Source: Harriotta raleighana
Taxonomy: Eukaryota
NCBI GenBank assembly: GCA_050575255.1
Contig: JBNZDD010013664.1
Span: 2,845,481 to 2,909,480 of the forward strand
Length of the DNA stretch: 64,000 nt
Direction: 5' to 3'
Shown in pieces: positions 61,161-64,000 of this stretch; position 1 is the stretch's first letter, and each line of letters opens with the position of its first letter. The notes beneath the pieces were generated by a model, which saw only the letters and a program-made list of their open reading frames with translations, made no database searches and was not told the DNA's origin. A program made the translations under genes and the position numbers.

Positions 61161-62999
61161 TATAAAGCGGCATTGATACAAAGATACAATAGTCTATTTG
61201 AAGTTAATCTGCAACCAACAGGGTCCCAAAAATAGTCAGAATTGACAGATTTTATCTGGAGGCTCGCTGGACAGGACACCAGGAGAAACTCCCTTTCCTT
61301 TTCTTAATGTGTTGCGGATCTTTAGCTTACACTTTAACTGTCAGACAGCGCCTCGGTTTAAAGTCCTGTCTCGTCCAAGCGATGACACCTCTGCTAATCA
61401 ACCTGCTCCCAGCCCTGCACTGGGGTTCCAACCCAAACTGTGAACTCAAAATCCAGAAGGGGGGACTTGAACCCAGAAATGTTTAGCAACCGAGCCAGGC
61501 TGACAACCGAGTTAATGACGAGGCAGTACCAGAAACCGTGTCAATATACAAACAGTTATTGGAAGAGGTTTGAAATAAAGGGAGGGACCTCACTCTGACA
61601 ATGAGCAACACCGAGTGCTTCGAATGAACGGATCATGTGGAATTCAAAATAGTAAGTGCATCTGAGATCTGCGACCACGTTTTCTCTGGAGACTTGCCGT
61701 TGGTTTCCAGCATTATCTGGTGTGACCCTCGACTCGGTTGATGGCGCATCCTTACTCTTTGTTGTCTTCCTAATACAGTGCTCTGAGCCCTGGGGCCATT
61801 CAGCTGTTGTACAAGTTTATCACACAACAAGCTGTGAGCCTCATCTACAAGTCAAGGGTCCCTCCTCGCACTTATTGAGTATTTTTGCCTTGATAGTCAA
61901 TTACAGAGACCATTGTCTTCCCTGGCTACATCAAGGCCCTCTTCATTAGGCCTTGTGACTACGCCATATCCTGTCTGCTGACTTCTGGTAACTTCTTCAA
62001 TTACAGTAATTCTTACAGTCTTTGCTCTGGTTATCTTTGCAGACCTACTGTTGAGCTGCGCAGGCAGGCCTCTCAACTCTTTGCCTGGCTCCTCTCTGTA
62101 ACAACAGTAAAACACTGGCCACGAGCCAGTAGCGGTGGGGGTTTGAATTTCCCTTTGTCTGTCTTGAGGAGGGAGAGTTGTGTTTTGAATTTAAAAAATG
62201 GAATGAGAAAGACCTGGGAAGAGAAAAGCTTTTATCCGTGTCTGACAACAAAGTTCCCTCTTTGACATAAAGTTGGAGAATCTTTACCATTAACCCCTTT
62301 TACTTCACTACATCACCTTCCACCACCCCCTCACCTTAAACCACAAACCTTACAAAACTCTAAATATTGAACACAACTCGTATGCCTTAGCTTTGCTGGC
62401 AATTTAGGAATAGGAGGAGACTATTCAACCCCAAACTTCCACCACATTATTAAATTATCTTTTAATCCCATTTCCCTGACTAAATACCCTTATTTTCTAT
62501 GTATGGGTGTGTGTGTGTGATGTATTGTGTGTTGGCCATCAGTTGGTAGCTCTCTTGCCTCANTCTTGCCTCTGAATCAGAAGGTAGTGGGTTTTGAAAT
62601 TCTACATTGGGACTTTCACCTCATACAATCTAGTCCAGGGGTATCTTCAACCAGCTGATTTCCACTAGATGTCGCTATCACAAATACAATACAAAATTAC
62701 ATTTGTATAGCACCTTTCACATTGAGAGGACGTGCCAAGGCTCAGAACAGTCAGGGATTTGGGAATTGATCGAAGAGACAAAAGTATGGAGCAATAGAAC
62801 TGCATAATTCTTGAGTTAAATTGAAAGCAAAGGTAGATGTATAAAGTATTTCATGCATCTTGGAATAAAAATATGAGCTTTAATGTTTAAATGGTGCCGT
62901 TTGTCTTTATTGAATTTCTGCATGATATTATCTACTGGCGATTGGCCGGGTGGAGCCCCCACTGAGCGAGGCTGACAGGTCAATGTTGTGCTGGGGATG

Positions 63000-63325
63000 T
63001 GCTGCATTGTTGGTGGCGTCATCCTTTGGATGTGACGTCAATCTCAGGTCCCATCTAATTGTTCCAATGGATGTTTAAGAATGGCATTATTCCAAAAGAG
63101 AAAAGAGAAGAAAATTTCTCCCGGTGTCCTAGCCAACAATCCCCCAAATAAAATGGTTTACTCACTCCATGGCTGCTTGTGGGATGTTACTGCATGCAAA
63201 TTGGCTGCTAAGTTCATCTACAAAATACACAGTCACTACAATTTACAGTGTATTCTGTGAAGTGTTTTGAGACATCCTCTCAAGCTGAAAGGCGCTGTAT
63301 CAAATGTAATGATTGTTGTTATTAT
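63000..63325 (+). mobile_element. Older Deu-type SINE (SacSINE/AmnSINE-like middle region)
   Basis: gtcatcctttggatgtgacgt...ccggtgtcctagccaaca...gtgggatgttactgcatgcaaattggctgct...gaaaggcgctgtatcaaatg. Confidence 0.7.
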
Positions 63326-63579
63326 TAGCATCAGTTTTTCTTCCTTATCTCCACTTACCTCTACTTTTTCCTTTGCTGTTTTGTTCACTACTTCTTATCA
63401 TTTAATACTCTCACAAGTGCCTCTCAAACCTTAGCAGTTTGGATTCCTAATCTCACGCATGTCTTCTTTATTATTTATAATTTTTTACTTTAAACCTCAT
63501 TAAAGTAACAGTTCCAACCATATAATGGCACTGGAGTTTACCGTTGATCAGTGATTAACTTGTTAACAGTAAGTTACTC

Positions 63580-63810
63580 ATCAGTGATGATGTATTGCTA
63601 ATATTCTCGAAAATTCTTATAATTTTGTACACCTCTATCAGGCCCCTTTCAATTCTTCTCTGCTCCAATGAAAATAGACTCAACTTCTCCCAACCTCTCT
63701 CTGGTATCATTGTCATAAATCTCCCCTGCATCCGCTCTGGTTTTAACATCCTTCCTGAAGTGAGGTGCCCCAAACTGAATGCAAAACTCCTCCATTTGTG
63801 ATCCAACCAA
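63580..63810 (-). mobile_element. CR1 LINE fragment
   Basis: Minus frame ERMQGRFMTMIP...EKLSLFSLEQRRIERGLIEVYKII matches the CR1 ORF2 C-terminus. Confidence 0.85.
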
Positions 63811-63847
63811 TAATTTGAACTAATTTATCATTTCTGCTTTATTTTTG

Positions 63848-64000
63848 GGAGTCCCACAGCTCAGAAGGTAAAACATTCGCCTCGCAAGCAAGAGACCTGG
63901 GTTCAATTCCCAGCTGGGCAAAACACGTTTTCTTACTCTACATTCTTATTCTGCTGTGTACCTAGCAATAAGCAGGAATCCAATTGTTTGACGATTAGCG
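63848..64000 (+). mobile_element. SINE head, running off the right edge
   Basis: ggagtcccacagctcag...cattcgcctcgcaagcaagagacctgggttcaattccc. Confidence 0.75.

Overview
Vertebrate genomic DNA with introns, most likely from a cartilaginous fish such as a chimaera or elephant shark. That assignment is inferred from the tRNA/Deu-type SINEs, abundant L2 and CR1 LINEs and compact introns, and is not proven. Four spliced protein-coding genes can be rebuilt exon by exon with canonical GT-AG sites and consistent phases. (1) The last five exons of a SLAIN-motif family gene (+, 1996-6898, ending WKEGCY*). (2) A complete VAMP7 (-, 7 coding exons, 23885-13322, 220 aa). (3) A complete five-exon POLR1D/RPAC2 (+, 26204-38713, 119 aa), head-to-head with VAMP7 across a CpG-rich bidirectional promoter. 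(4) A complete endothelin receptor B2-type GPCR (-, 7 coding exons, 52087-41517, 441 aa). The rest is repeat-rich (DeuSINE-like SINEs, L2, CR1, hAT- and Tigger-like MITEs) with several N-flanked assembly duplications. Nearly all ORF-track entries are spurious or repeat-derived. I found no clear new biological system. The best leads are a roughly helically phased six-unit NRF1-site array in the shared promoter, a SLAIN paralogue whose SxIP-like motifs look eroded, an intron-containing and probably ancestral POLR1D, near-perfect inverted-repeat structures, and an unclassified four-copy repeat.
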